A stretch of 59,924 nucleotides of DNA from Patescibacteria group bacterium (lineage in GTDB: Bacteria > Patescibacteriota > Patescibacteriia > Veblenbacterales > UBA10138): the NCBI GenBank assembly GCA_018817715.1, contig JAHITT010000004.1:191784-251707 (forward strand), in the 5' to 3' direction. Shown here piece after piece: positions 45,291 to 54,090 of this stretch (positions within the stretch are counted from its first letter, which is position 1; each line of letters begins with the position of its first letter). The notes under the pieces are model-generated. The model did no database searches. It was not told where the DNA came from and worked only from the letters and a program-made list of their open reading frames with translations. The translations under genes were made by a program, and so were the position numbers.

Positions 45291-45965
45291 ATGAGCGAAA
45301 TATTAAGTACATTTTTGTTAGAGGACGTGGAACGTTCCATACCAATGGAGCGTGATGAATTTTATAAAGAACAAACCGAAGTTTTTAAAAAAGTAGGCAA
45401 GCCTACTCGAGCCTGTGAGATTGTTCACGTATTAATTTTTAACAGTCATGGTGAATTACTATTACAAAAAAGGTCTTATGATAAAAATCATAACGCTGGT
45501 TTGTTAGATAAATCGGTTGGTGGGCATATTCGCTATGGTGATACAGCCGATTATTCAGTTATGGTGGAAACTGTTCAGGAATTGCAAACCCCCTCAATAG
45601 TTTTAAAAAATGATGATGATTTTAAAAAAACTTTAGTTTTATTAAGTGATTATTTATCTACTATAGCGGTAGTTAAGCATTCTCATAGTAAAATATATAA
45701 TTTAAAAAGAGTTATTTCAGGGGAGACTATAATAATTGCCAACAAACTGCATGCTTATTTTGGTTTATATGATGGCAGTATTAAACCAGTAGATCGTGAG
45801 GCCAGTGGAGTTTTATTCTATAGTTTAGCTAATTTAGATAAAGAGATGATCTCTTTACCAGAAGCTTTTACAAGTGATATGCATATTTTATTAAAAGAAC
45901 TACGTTCAGAGATAGAGGTTTTTTTAGGAATGATTAAGGGTAGACAAAATAATTCAATAAAGTAA
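45291..45965 (+). CDS. Nudix-fold protein with a degenerate Nudix box
   Basis: VHVLIFNSHGELLLQKRS..K......DKSVGGHIRYGDT....VETVQEL resembles the IDI/Nudix core, but the catalytic Glu residues are partly replaced. Confidence 0.45.
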   Translation: MSEILSTFLLEDVERSIPMERDEFYKEQTEVFKKVGKPTRACEIVHVLIFNSHGELLLQKRSYDKNHNAGLLDKSVGGHIRYGDTADYSVMVETVQELQTPSIVLKNDDDFKKTLVLLSDYLSTIAVVKHSHSKIYNLKRVISGETIIIANKLHAYFGLYDGSIKPVDREASGVLFYSLANLDKEMISLPEAFTSDMHILLKELRSEIEVFLGMIKGRQNNSIK

Positions 45966-46000
45966 TAAAGGTTTTTGAATATTAAAAATTAAAAAAGAAT

Positions 46001-46786
46001 ATGATTTATAAAAATATTGCTGTTAAGGCGGCTAAACAAGCGGGGGATTATTTGGTCAAAGAGTTTAATAGGGGAATTATTGATTGGCGGTTAAAACAAT
46101 CGCATGAAATAGTTACGAAAGCGGATTTGGCTGCTGAAAAAATAATTTTAACGATCTTAAAAAAACAGACACCGGATTTTTCCGTCTTAAGTGAAGAGTC
46201 AGGTTTAAATAAAACTAAATCAGATTATTTATGGGTGGTAGATCCTTTAGATGGTACGACTAATTTTCGAGTACACAATCCTTTGTTTTCTGTATCTATT
46301 GCTTTGTATTATAAGAAGCGGCCTTTGATTGGTGTGGTTTATGTACCTTATTTAAAGGAATTGTATGTGGCTAGTAAAGGACAAGGCGTTTTTTTGAATA
46401 ATCGGCGGTTAGAGGTATCGGGAACTTGGGATATTAAAAAATCTTTTTTAACATATTGCCACGGTTCAGAAAGTAAACATGTTAAGCAGGCAGTGGAGCT
46501 TTATAAGTATTTTAAATTAAATAGTATTGATATGAGGCAATTAGGCAGCGCTGCTGTAGAATTGGCTTGGGTGGCTGGCGGTCGGGTGGAGAGTTTGGTA
46601 ATTCCTGGTTGTAAACCATGGGACGCGGCGGCTGGTATTTTATTGGTTAAAGAAGCTGGCGGTCGGGTAACTGATTTTAATAATAAAGATTGGTCTATTT
46701 ATGGCCAAGGTGGCAGGATCTTACCCAATATTGATTTATTAGCTACTAACGGTAAGGTCCATAAGGTTATTTTGAATAAGCTTTAG
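46001..46786 (+). CDS. inositol monophosphatase family phosphatase
   Basis: SEE, WVVDPLDGTTNF and WDAAAG motifs. Confidence 0.85.
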   Translation: MIYKNIAVKAAKQAGDYLVKEFNRGIIDWRLKQSHEIVTKADLAAEKIILTILKKQTPDFSVLSEESGLNKTKSDYLWVVDPLDGTTNFRVHNPLFSVSIALYYKKRPLIGVVYVPYLKELYVASKGQGVFLNNRRLEVSGTWDIKKSFLTYCHGSESKHVKQAVELYKYFKLNSIDMRQLGSAAVELAWVAGGRVESLVIPGCKPWDAAAGILLVKEAGGRVTDFNNKDWSIYGQGGRILPNIDLLATNGKVHKVILNKL

Positions 46787-46793
46787 AGGTATT

Positions 46794-47771
46794 ATGCGCC
46801 AAGAATATAAAAAAGATTTTTTACAGAGCGTTCTTGATAACTATTTAGAAATTGGAAAAATAAAAGATTTTTTTCTTTATACTTCCGGTTACGAGAATTC
46901 CAATTATTACGTAGAAACCGATAATGGTAAATTTGTGGTTAAGATTTTTGAAGGAATTGGTATTGTTCCGGAAAACATATTATTTGAATTGGGGGTAATG
47001 GATTATTGTTCTAAAGCAGGATTAAAAACGCCGTATATCATAAATAATTCTAAAAATAAATTAGAAACAGTGGTTGCTGATAAATATTCAGTGGTGATGG
47101 ATTATATATCGGGGGATAATATGAGCGAAAAAATTTTAGCAGATGATTTAGTTGTGTCGGTGGCCGAGCAGGCCGGTAGAATGGATTTACTTTTAAAGAA
47201 TTTTGTTGACGGAAGTAAAACTCGCCAGAATTATGAATGGGATTTAAAAAATACGTTTATACTTAAAGAATATTTGAAATATTTACCAGAGGACTTTGAT
47301 AAGGATGTTTTTACTACTATATTGGATGATTTTAAAAAATATCGAAACAGATTTATTAATTTGCCAACAGGTTTAATACATAACGACATTGTTCCCCATA
47401 ATTGGTTAGTGAATAACGGTAAATTACAGGCAATTATAGATTTTTCTGATATGGCTTTTAGTCCTTATATTCAAAATGTGGCCGTTAGTCTTCATTTAAC
47501 ATCTTTTTGTTATAACTGGAATCCTTGTCAGGCGAAATTATTTTTGGAAAAATATAGGAGTTTCAATTATTTGTCGACGGAGGAGCTTGATTTTTTATAT
47601 GATTTAATAAAGGCTCGTTTTTTATCTTTTGTTGTGGAGTTTAACAGATGGAATGTAATTTATAGTGTTGATAAATATCGCCAAAAAACTGTATTAGATC
47701 ATTACGAGTTTTTAAAAAGATTTATTGACTACGGCCGAGATAATTTTAATAAGGATATTCTTAATAGGTAG
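46794..47771 (+). CDS. APH/homoserine-kinase-II-like small-molecule kinase
   Basis: LIHNDIVPHNWLV (HxDxxxxN) and IIDFSDM (DFS) catalytic motifs. Confidence 0.7.
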   Translation: MRQEYKKDFLQSVLDNYLEIGKIKDFFLYTSGYENSNYYVETDNGKFVVKIFEGIGIVPENILFELGVMDYCSKAGLKTPYIINNSKNKLETVVADKYSVVMDYISGDNMSEKILADDLVVSVAEQAGRMDLLLKNFVDGSKTRQNYEWDLKNTFILKEYLKYLPEDFDKDVFTTILDDFKKYRNRFINLPTGLIHNDIVPHNWLVNNGKLQAIIDFSDMAFSPYIQNVAVSLHLTSFCYNWNPCQAKLFLEKYRSFNYLSTEELDFLYDLIKARFLSFVVEFNRWNVIYSVDKYRQKTVLDHYEFLKRFIDYGRDNFNKDILNR

Positions 47772-47830
47772 TAAGTTTGACAGTGAAGATTAGATAAGTT
47801 ATAAAGATAGGAAAAATAATTATAAAAAAT

Positions 47831-48862
47831 ATGAGGGAAACAATGGAACTTAATAAAGAAAAAGAAAAAACTTTTATTGAAGTTGAATCTAATTTGGAAA
47901 AACCAGACGGTAGTCGGGAGATTTTTAAAATAAATTTATTACCCGACGGCAAACCTAAATTAATTGCTTTTTGTGATATTGATAAAACTTTTGTACATTT
48001 GGAGCCTTGTTATAAGGAAATTAGAAAAACTTTGTGGCCAAAAGCAGTAGATAAGGAAGGTTTAGAGGAAGTTACCAGGGTTCATTTAGCTGGATTTAGA
48101 TTGGGCACAATGTGGCGGGAGTTGGATAGAATGCACCGTATTTATGAATTAGGCCAAGAACAGTATAAGGATTCTGATGTTTATAGTCGGGAGATATTAG
48201 GTTCGGGCAAAGAGGGAGAATATATTGATCAACCTGGTAATTCATTGTATGAACAGGCTAACAAAATGTTAGAAACATTTGATAATGTGGCAGCCGAAGT
48301 TGTTGAAAAAATGTATCAAGCAGATGCCGATTCTTTTAATGAAGGAAAAATTGGCCCGATTTATCATTTGGCCGCTATGTATAAAAGGTTGGGTGTTCCT
48401 ATGATGGCCATGTCGGCTAACCCTAAGAAGTTTCTTAATGCAGTTTTGAAGTATACTGGTTTGTCTGAGCACTTTATTGATAGTGCCAGTGATACGGATG
48501 TGCCAGGCCTTAAAGAATATAAGATGGAGTATTTAATGGAAACTTTAAAAAATAAAGGCTTAAATATTCCTTATGATCGTTTAATTATTTTAGGCGATTC
48601 ACCAACTGGAGATGTTGGTAGTGGTCCGCGTTTTGAAAAATTAATGAAAGCTAAAAATCCAGATTTACAAGTTACGGTTAAAGGACTATTGGTTGTGGAG
48701 AATAATAATGATTTACAATCAGCGCGCCAAGTTGTTTCTCAAGACCAAGATTTAATCAAATCTGTCCAAATTTTAGATTTGAGCAGTGTGCCAGTTTCTA
48801 AAATAGATGGTAGTTATTTGTTGGCTGGGAAAAACCAAAAAGATTTTTTAAAAGAAGTTTAA
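47831..48862 (+). CDS. HAD-superfamily hydrolase-like protein with large cap
   Basis: FCDIDKTF (DxDxT motif I) and ILGDSPTGD (motif IV-like). Confidence 0.5.
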   Translation: MRETMELNKEKEKTFIEVESNLEKPDGSREIFKINLLPDGKPKLIAFCDIDKTFVHLEPCYKEIRKTLWPKAVDKEGLEEVTRVHLAGFRLGTMWRELDRMHRIYELGQEQYKDSDVYSREILGSGKEGEYIDQPGNSLYEQANKMLETFDNVAAEVVEKMYQADADSFNEGKIGPIYHLAAMYKRLGVPMMAMSANPKKFLNAVLKYTGLSEHFIDSASDTDVPGLKEYKMEYLMETLKNKGLNIPYDRLIILGDSPTGDVGSGPRFEKLMKAKNPDLQVTVKGLLVVENNNDLQSARQVVSQDQDLIKSVQILDLSSVPVSKIDGSYLLAGKNQKDFLKEV

Positions 48863-48865
48863 TAA

Positions 48866-48897
48866 ATAGGGTGCCAGTCAGCACCCTATATTTTTTT
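48866..48897 (+). terminator. intrinsic terminator
   Basis: ATAGGGTGC-CAGTCA-GCACCCTAT, then ATTTTTTT. Confidence 0.8.
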
Positions 48898-48920
48898 GTT
48901 TGAACTGTTATTATAAGTTT

Positions 48921-49658
48921 ATGAAATATCAATTACCTATTATTCAGGAATTAAAAGCTGTTAAAACTAAGGTAGAAATAAATAATATTATTAAAGCGCA
49001 AAGGATTAGTGAAAAAGTTTTGACAGAAGCGGTTAATAAATTAAAAGTTGATTTAACAGAAGTTAATTTGGCTAAATTTATAGTTGGCCGGATGAAATAT
49101 TATCAGATTAAATCTTTGGCTTTTGAGCCAATTGTGGCTTTTGGGAAAAATACGGCCAATATTCATCATGTGCCTGGTAGAACTAAATTAAAGTTAGGTA
49201 ATTTGGTAATGTTAGATTTTGGCGCTACGGTAAAGAGTTATTGTTCAGATATGACCCGTACTTATATATTTGGTCAGCCGACTGCTAAGCAAAAAGAAGT
49301 TTATCAAACAGTGCTTAAGGCTCAGGAGTTATCTTTAGCAGTTTTAAAAAAAGGTTTAAGGCAAGCTGATAAAATAGATAGCCAGGCCAGACGTTTTATA
49401 GTTAAAAGATTTGGTGCAAACAGTTTTAACCATGGTTTAGGCCATGGTTTGGGAACAGTGATACATGAATGGCCAAGTTTAAAGCCGGGTAGCTTAGATA
49501 TTTTAAAATATGGTATGGTTATAACCTTGGAGCCGGGTATTTATTTGCCGGGTTGGGGTGGGGTAAGGATAGAAGATATGGTTTTGATAGGTAAAAATGG
49601 AACAGTAAATTTAACGCAAGCAGCAAAAGATTTAACTAAGATAATTTTAAAGATTTAA
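48921..49658 (+). CDS. M24-family Xaa-Pro peptidase, catalytic domain only
   Basis: Metal ligands in MLDFGATVKSYCSDMTRT, HGLGHGLG, ITLEPG, VRIEDMV. Lacks the N-terminal creatinase-like domain. Confidence 0.8.
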   Translation: MKYQLPIIQELKAVKTKVEINNIIKAQRISEKVLTEAVNKLKVDLTEVNLAKFIVGRMKYYQIKSLAFEPIVAFGKNTANIHHVPGRTKLKLGNLVMLDFGATVKSYCSDMTRTYIFGQPTAKQKEVYQTVLKAQELSLAVLKKGLRQADKIDSQARRFIVKRFGANSFNHGLGHGLGTVIHEWPSLKPGSLDILKYGMVITLEPGIYLPGWGGVRIEDMVLIGKNGTVNLTQAAKDLTKIILKI

Positions 49659-49661
49659 TTT

Positions 49662-49949
49662 ATGCTTTTAAAAGTTAAAGTTATAGCTAATTCACATCGG
49701 CCAGGTTTGGTAAAAATGGAAGGAGATATTTTGCACATTAAGCTAGCGGCACCGCCAGCTGACGGTAAAGCCAATGCCGAGCTGTGTGAGACATTATCCC
49801 GGGTGTTAAAAGTACCTAAAACGGATGTAATTATTAAGCGCGGGCAGGGTTCTAAAGTAAAATATTTAGAGATTTTAGGATTTGACGATAGTCATATTTT
49901 TGCTATACTAAGTCAGCGCTTAAGCAGTGCAAAAAAGTTGCGAGGGTAA
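49662..49949 (+). CDS. DUF167 (YggU) family protein
   Basis: GKANAEL...LS..L.VPK..V.I..G..SK.K pattern. Confidence 0.75.
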   Translation: MLLKVKVIANSHRPGLVKMEGDILHIKLAAPPADGKANAELCETLSRVLKVPKTDVIIKRGQGSKVKYLEILGFDDSHIFAILSQRLSSAKKLRG

Positions 49950-49982
49950 TTTAAGTAGCGCTATTAATTTTAAACGGAGCGT

Positions 49983-50057
49983 GCGGGAGTAGTTCAGCAG
50001 TAGAATGCTTCCTTGCCAAGGAAGAGGTCGCGGGTGCGAATCCCGTCTCCCGCTCCA
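49983..50057 (+). tRNA. tRNA-Gly (anticodon GCC), CCA encoded
   Basis: Acceptor GCGGGAG/CTCCCGC, anticodon stem CTTCC/GGAAG, loop TTGCCAA. Confidence 0.9.
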
Positions 50058-50099
50058 AACTAAAGAACTTCACTTTAAAGTGAAGTTCTTTAGTTTTTT
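50058..50099 (+). terminator. intrinsic terminator after tRNA-Gly
   Basis: AACTAAAGAACTTCAC-TTTAAA-GTGAAGTTCTTTAGTT perfect stem, then TTTT. Confidence 0.85.
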
Positions 50100-50114
50100 A
50101 TTAATTATTATTTG

Positions 50115-50894
50115 ATGTACAATTATTATATGGAACATAAAGAATTATTAGTTGATAAAATAAAACGGATTAGGAAAATGCATCATGATGGCACGGACGA
50201 AAAGGACTGGCACAATTTGTTAGCGGGTAGTTATTTGCGGGATTTTGTTTATGGGGCTAATGATGGCATAATTACCACTTTTGCTGTGGTGGCTGGTGTG
50301 GCTGGAGCGGATTTATCAGCCAGTATTGTTTTAATATTGGGTGCGGCTAATTTATTGGCTGATGGTTTTTCTATGTCTAGTGGTAATTATCTTAGTGAAA
50401 AGTCCAATCGTGAGTATGTAACTTCGGAATTAAAAAAAGAAGAGTGGGAAATAGAACATTTACCCGAAGAAGAAAAAAAAGAAATAAGAGAAATTTATCA
50501 AGCCAAGGGTTTAAGTGGTCAGGTTTTGGAAGAGGTTGTTAAGGCTATTACAGCTGATAAAAAATTATGGGCTAAAGAAATGCTGGTACATGAACTAGGT
50601 CTTTTGCCTAATGAGGAAAAAGTTAAACCCTTAGCTACAGCTGGGGTTACTTTTGTGGCTTTTGTGGTAGCCGGCGTCATTCCTTTGTTGCCTTACATTT
50701 TTAATTTGCCAGTTTATTCATCTTTTGTTTGGGCAATTATTTTTACTGGCTTGGCTTTATTTATAGTTGGCAGTTTACGAGCTTTGTTAACCGAAAAGAA
50801 ATGGTGGTTGTCGGGTTTGGAAATGTTAATGGTTGGTGCTTTGGCGGCTAGCGTAGCTTATGTGGTTGGAGCTTTTTTGGGTGGCTTAAGTTAA
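50115..50894 (+). CDS. VIT1/CCC1 family iron/manganese transporter
   Basis: GANDGIITTFAVVAGVAGA motif, cytoplasmic acidic helix region, C-terminal TM helices. Start may be the ATG at 50115 or 50130. Confidence 0.8.
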   Translation: MYNYYMEHKELLVDKIKRIRKMHHDGTDEKDWHNLLAGSYLRDFVYGANDGIITTFAVVAGVAGADLSASIVLILGAANLLADGFSMSSGNYLSEKSNREYVTSELKKEEWEIEHLPEEEKKEIREIYQAKGLSGQVLEEVVKAITADKKLWAKEMLVHELGLLPNEEKVKPLATAGVTFVAFVVAGVIPLLPYIFNLPVYSSFVWAIIFTGLALFIVGSLRALLTEKKWWLSGLEMLMVGALAASVAYVVGAFLGGLS

Positions 50895-50917
50895 GCCTAT
50901 TTTAATAAGTATGTTTT

Positions 50918-50941
50918 AAAACCGGCTTTTTAGCCGGTTTT
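50918..50941 (+). terminator. intrinsic terminator
   Basis: AAAACCGGCT-TTTT-AGCCGGTTTT. Confidence 0.75.
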
Positions 50942-50942
50942 G

Positions 50943-50971
50943 TTGACTTTGGATAAATTTTATTATAAGGT
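50943..50971 (+). promoter_or_regulatory. promoter of the pyrF-like operon
   Basis: TTGACT, 17 nt, TAAGGT, followed by GGGGCGAAAA. An 85-nt AT-rich leader separates it from the ATG. Confidence 0.5.
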
Positions 50972-51056
50972 TGGGGCGAAAATAAACAGAGTTTTTTAAA
51001 ATTTTTTATAGTTACACTTAAATAACTATTCATCATAATTAATAATGGAGTAAGTC

Positions 51057-51779
51057 ATGGAAAAGACATTTTGGCCAAGAATGATTCTTGATTTAAAAGG
51101 CATGAAGCTGTTAAAAGCAATGCAACTAGGGGAATCGCTGGCTACTCAAGCAGATGCGGTAAAAATTCATAGTTTGTGGGATGATATCGGGTCTTCGGTT
51201 GTTGATACCCTAAAAAGAGCGGGTATAAAAAAAGTTTGGGTGGATTTAAAACTTAAGGATACACCTGATACTATAGCGGAACGTGCGACAGTAGTTAGGG
51301 ATGCCGGTGCCGATATGTTAACCGTACATATTGATGGCGGTAAGGATATGTTGGAAAATGCCTTAAAGTTTGGCCCACCGGAAATTTTTGGCGTCACCGT
51401 TTTAACTTCTTTAAAAGAAGAAGAATTCAAAAACTTGTACGGCTTAACTATTGCCGAGGCGGTATTGGTGAGGGCTTTAATAGCGAAGGAGGTTGGTTTA
51501 CAAGGAATTATTTGCTCAGCTAAGCAAGTTGGCGGTTTATCTTCTAACCCTGATCTTCAAGGTTTGCGTTTTATTGTTCCTGGTACAAGATCTGTCGGTG
51601 CTGATCATAACGATCAACAGCAGGTGGATACGCCAGGTAATGCCGTGTTGAATGGCGCTACTGATTTGGTTGTTGGTCGTCAGGTAACAAAAGCAGAAGA
51701 TAAATTAAAAGCTTTTAATGAGTTGCAGATGGAAATTGCTTATGCGTTGAATAGTAAATATTCGGCGGGGGTAGTATGA
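51057..51779 (+). CDS. pyrF: orotidine-5-phosphate decarboxylase family protein
   Basis: DLKLKD (DxKxxD), VLTS, VPGTR, VVGRQVTKAEDKLKAF align with PyrF motifs. Confidence 0.7.
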   Translation: MEKTFWPRMILDLKGMKLLKAMQLGESLATQADAVKIHSLWDDIGSSVVDTLKRAGIKKVWVDLKLKDTPDTIAERATVVRDAGADMLTVHIDGGKDMLENALKFGPPEIFGVTVLTSLKEEEFKNLYGLTIAEAVLVRALIAKEVGLQGIICSAKQVGGLSSNPDLQGLRFIVPGTRSVGADHNDQQQVDTPGNAVLNGATDLVVGRQVTKAEDKLKAFNELQMEIAYALNSKYSAGVV

Positions 51780-52558
51780 AAAAGTTAACTAGGCAAGAAA
51801 TTTACGAATTAATTCGTAAATTTTCTAATAACCCTTTAGGTGTTTTAGATGCTTGCGGTGGATTATACATCTGCCCTAAGGACGAATCTGGTAAGCGGCT
51901 TGGTCCATTGGTTGGTTATGCTGGAACTTATACCGAAGGCAAACAATATGTTGGTGATATTTATGCTAACTTTGCCAAGGCTGAAGAATATGTGGATATT
52001 ATTAACTACTGGGCTTTGGCAATGTCTTCTGACGAAGAAAAGGATTTGCTTTTATCATCTGCTTCGGTTTTTATTGGTTTGCCTGAAGGCGGTAAATCGT
52101 TTGCTATGGCTTTGTCCAGTCAGCCAGGTCACAGCGGCCGTTATATTTATTTGGAAAAAGTAGTTACGGCGGTGAAAACGGAAACAGAAAGGGAAAAATC
52201 TAAGTTAGTTTTTAACAGACATGACATTATTCCAGGCGATAAAATTGTTTTGGTAGAAGACTTACAAAATAACTTTTCTACTACCGGAAAGGCGATTGAC
52301 CAAGTTATTTCTGTTGGTGGTGAAGTTATAGCCTTAGCTTCCATAATGAATCGTTCGCCCTTTGTTGATACTGTATTTACCTGGAATAATAAAGAATACC
52401 CAGTACTTACTTTATTGCGGCGTCCTTACCCTGAATACGAACAAACTGATTCTTATGTTGCTGAAGATGTGCAGAAAGGCAATGTAATTTGGAAACCTAA
52501 AAACGATTGGGTGGTTGTTGAAAAAATAATCGAAAATTATCCTAATAAAATTGATTAA
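51776..52558 (+). CDS. type I phosphoribosyltransferase (orotate PRTase-like, atypical PRPP loop)
   Basis: KIVLVEDLQNNFSTTGKA resembles the PRPP-binding motif with an insertion. ATGA overlap with pyrF. Confidence 0.5.
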   Translation: MKKLTRQEIYELIRKFSNNPLGVLDACGGLYICPKDESGKRLGPLVGYAGTYTEGKQYVGDIYANFAKAEEYVDIINYWALAMSSDEEKDLLLSSASVFIGLPEGGKSFAMALSSQPGHSGRYIYLEKVVTAVKTETEREKSKLVFNRHDIIPGDKIVLVEDLQNNFSTTGKAIDQVISVGGEVIALASIMNRSPFVDTVFTWNNKEYPVLTLLRRPYPEYEQTDSYVAEDVQKGNVIWKPKNDWVVVEKIIENYPNKID

Positions 52559-52577
52559 AATAATTTAACTTTAAATT

Positions 52578-52604
52578 AACCCGGTAATGGAGGACCGGGT
52601 TTTA
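52578..52604 (+). terminator. intrinsic terminator
   Basis: AACCCGGT-AATGGAGG-ACCGGGTT, then TTATTATTT. Confidence 0.7.
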
Positions 52605-52608
52605 TTAT

Positions 52609-52637
52609 TTGACTTAATTTATCCAGGATTGTAAGGT
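52609..52637 (+). promoter_or_regulatory. promoter of the purA-like gene
   Basis: TTGACT, 17 nt, TAAGGT, followed by GAGGCGAAAAAA. A 69-nt leader separates it from the ATG. Confidence 0.5.
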
Positions 52638-52706
52638 AGAGGCGAAAAAATACTGGAAAATAATTCAAAAATAAACAAATTCCTTAACAAAATGAAGGAG
52701 TAAGTT

Positions 52707-53861
52707 ATGGCAGGTTGTGTAGATGTGGCTTTGGGAGCTCAATGGGGCGACGAAGGCAAAGGTAAGACAATTGTATTACACATAATACCCTCCGGTATTA
52801 TGTGGCCGGATAAAATTTGCGTTATTGGTAACGGGGTAGTGGTAAATCCTATAACCCTGCTTAAAGAAATTGCCGATCTGGAAAGTTTAGGCATAAGTGT
52901 TGCTGGAAGATTATTTATTTCTAAACAAGCCCATATGATTTGTCCGTGGTTAATAAGTTTGGAAAAATCACGAGACAACTTCATAGGCACGACTAACAAG
53001 GCTATTGGTCCGACTTATGAATCAAAAATGGCTCGTAAGGGAGTTAGGTTTGATTCAATGATGGGTTTTTATGGCAAGTTTCTTGAGGATCTTTGCAAAC
53101 ACGCTAACTATACTAATCGAGAATTGACTTTAAATGGTCAGCCGATTGACACAGAAGTTGAAGTTGATGAGTTTGCAAAAAATGTATTTAATTCAATAGT
53201 TCCTTTTGTAGCCGATACAGTGGCCTTGCTACATAAAAAATATACCGAAAGTAAGAGTATTCTTATTGAAGGAGCCCAAGGAGCCATGCTGGATATTGAT
53301 TTTGGAACTTACCCCTTTGTAACTTCCAGCAATTGTACTATTGGTGGTTGTTTAACCGGAACAGGCTTACCAGCCAGGTATGTTAAGGATGTTGTAATGA
53401 TATCTAAATGTTACACGACCCGGGTAGGCAACGGCCCATTCCCAACTGAATTGTTTAACGATGAAGCAGAGAAGTTAAGGCGGTTAGGCAATGAGTTCGG
53501 CGCTACTACAGGTAGACCGCGTCGTCCTGGTTGGTTGGATTTGTTTCAGCTTAAGTATTCAAAGATGATTAATGGTGCCAATTTTTTAACCTTGGTTAAG
53601 GCTGATATTTTATCTGGATATAAAACAATTAAGGTTTGTACTGGCTACCTAGGGTTAGATAATTATCCAACCGATTTGTTAACCTTATCATCGGTTATGC
53701 CTGTTTATCATGAGCTTCCAGGTTGGTCATCAATTTATCAGAATGGAGAATTACACCAAAATTTAAAAGATTATATTTTTTTTATCGAAGAATATTTAAA
53801 TGTTCCGGTTTTACTGTTATCAATTGGTCCAGACCGGGAGCATACAATCTTTTTAAAATAA
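52707..53861 (+). CDS. purA: adenylosuccinate synthetase homologue lacking the GGxNAGHT segment
   Basis: GAQWGDEGKGK P-loop, GTTNKAIGP, EGAQG..LDID.GTYP.VTSSN, YTTRVGNGPFPTE, GNEFGATTGRPRRPGWLD, KADIL, SIGPDR. About 31 residues after the P-loop are absent. Confidence 0.8.
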   Translation: MAGCVDVALGAQWGDEGKGKTIVLHIIPSGIMWPDKICVIGNGVVVNPITLLKEIADLESLGISVAGRLFISKQAHMICPWLISLEKSRDNFIGTTNKAIGPTYESKMARKGVRFDSMMGFYGKFLEDLCKHANYTNRELTLNGQPIDTEVEVDEFAKNVFNSIVPFVADTVALLHKKYTESKSILIEGAQGAMLDIDFGTYPFVTSSNCTIGGCLTGTGLPARYVKDVVMISKCYTTRVGNGPFPTELFNDEAEKLRRLGNEFGATTGRPRRPGWLDLFQLKYSKMINGANFLTLVKADILSGYKTIKVCTGYLGLDNYPTDLLTLSSVMPVYHELPGWSSIYQNGELHQNLKDYIFFIEEYLNVPVLLLSIGPDREHTIFLK

Positions 53862-53870
53862 TTCAAAACC

Positions 53871-53911
53871 TTAAGGTGCTTGTAAAAAATACAGGCACCT
53901 TAATTTATTTT
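53871..53911 (+). terminator. intrinsic terminator
   Basis: TTAAGGTGCTTGTA-AAAAA-TACAGGCACCTTAA (one G-U), then TTTATTTT. Confidence 0.8.
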
Positions 53912-53915
53912 CCTC

Positions 53916-53944
53916 TTGCCATAAGTAAAACTCGATGCTATGAT
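53916..53944 (+). promoter_or_regulatory. promoter of tRNA-Leu(UAA)
   Basis: TTGCCA, 17 nt, TATGAT, 18 nt upstream of the tRNA. Confidence 0.55.
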
Positions 53945-53962
53945 TTTTTTGTTAATCTTTAG

Positions 53963-54050
53963 GGGCGAGTGGTGGAACTGGTATACACGACAGACTTAAA
54001 ATCTGTTGGCCGTACAGGCCTTGAGGGTTCGAGTCCCTCCTCGCCCACCA
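53963..54050 (+). tRNA. tRNA-Leu (anticodon TAA), CCA encoded
   Basis: Acceptor GGGCGAG/CTCGCCC, anticodon stem ACAGA/TCTGT, loop CTTAAAA, long variable arm, T-arm GAGGG-TTCGAGT-CCCTC. Confidence 0.9.
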
Positions 54051-54051
54051 A
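54030..54051 (+). repeat. direct repeat copy 1 (3-prime end of tRNA-Leu(UAA))
   Basis: CGAGTCCCTCCTCGCCCACCAA, identical to 54223-54244. Confidence 0.9.
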
Positions 54052-54060
54052 ATAAAATAT

Positions 54061-54090
54061 CTCGTACCCTTGAGTACGAGTTTTTATTTT
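54061..54090 (+). terminator. intrinsic terminator after tRNA-Leu(UAA)
   Basis: CTCGTAC-CCTTGA-GTACGAG, then TTTTTATTTT. Confidence 0.8.

Noticed and set aside
52707-53861. purA homologue considered as a PurZ-type (2-aminoadenine pathway) enzyme because it is shorter than PurA.
   Set aside because: The shortening is a single internal gap, and the rest is closely PurA-like, including the K-x-D guanine motif. No datZ, mazZ or dpoZ-like genes are nearby. This cannot be settled without phylogeny.
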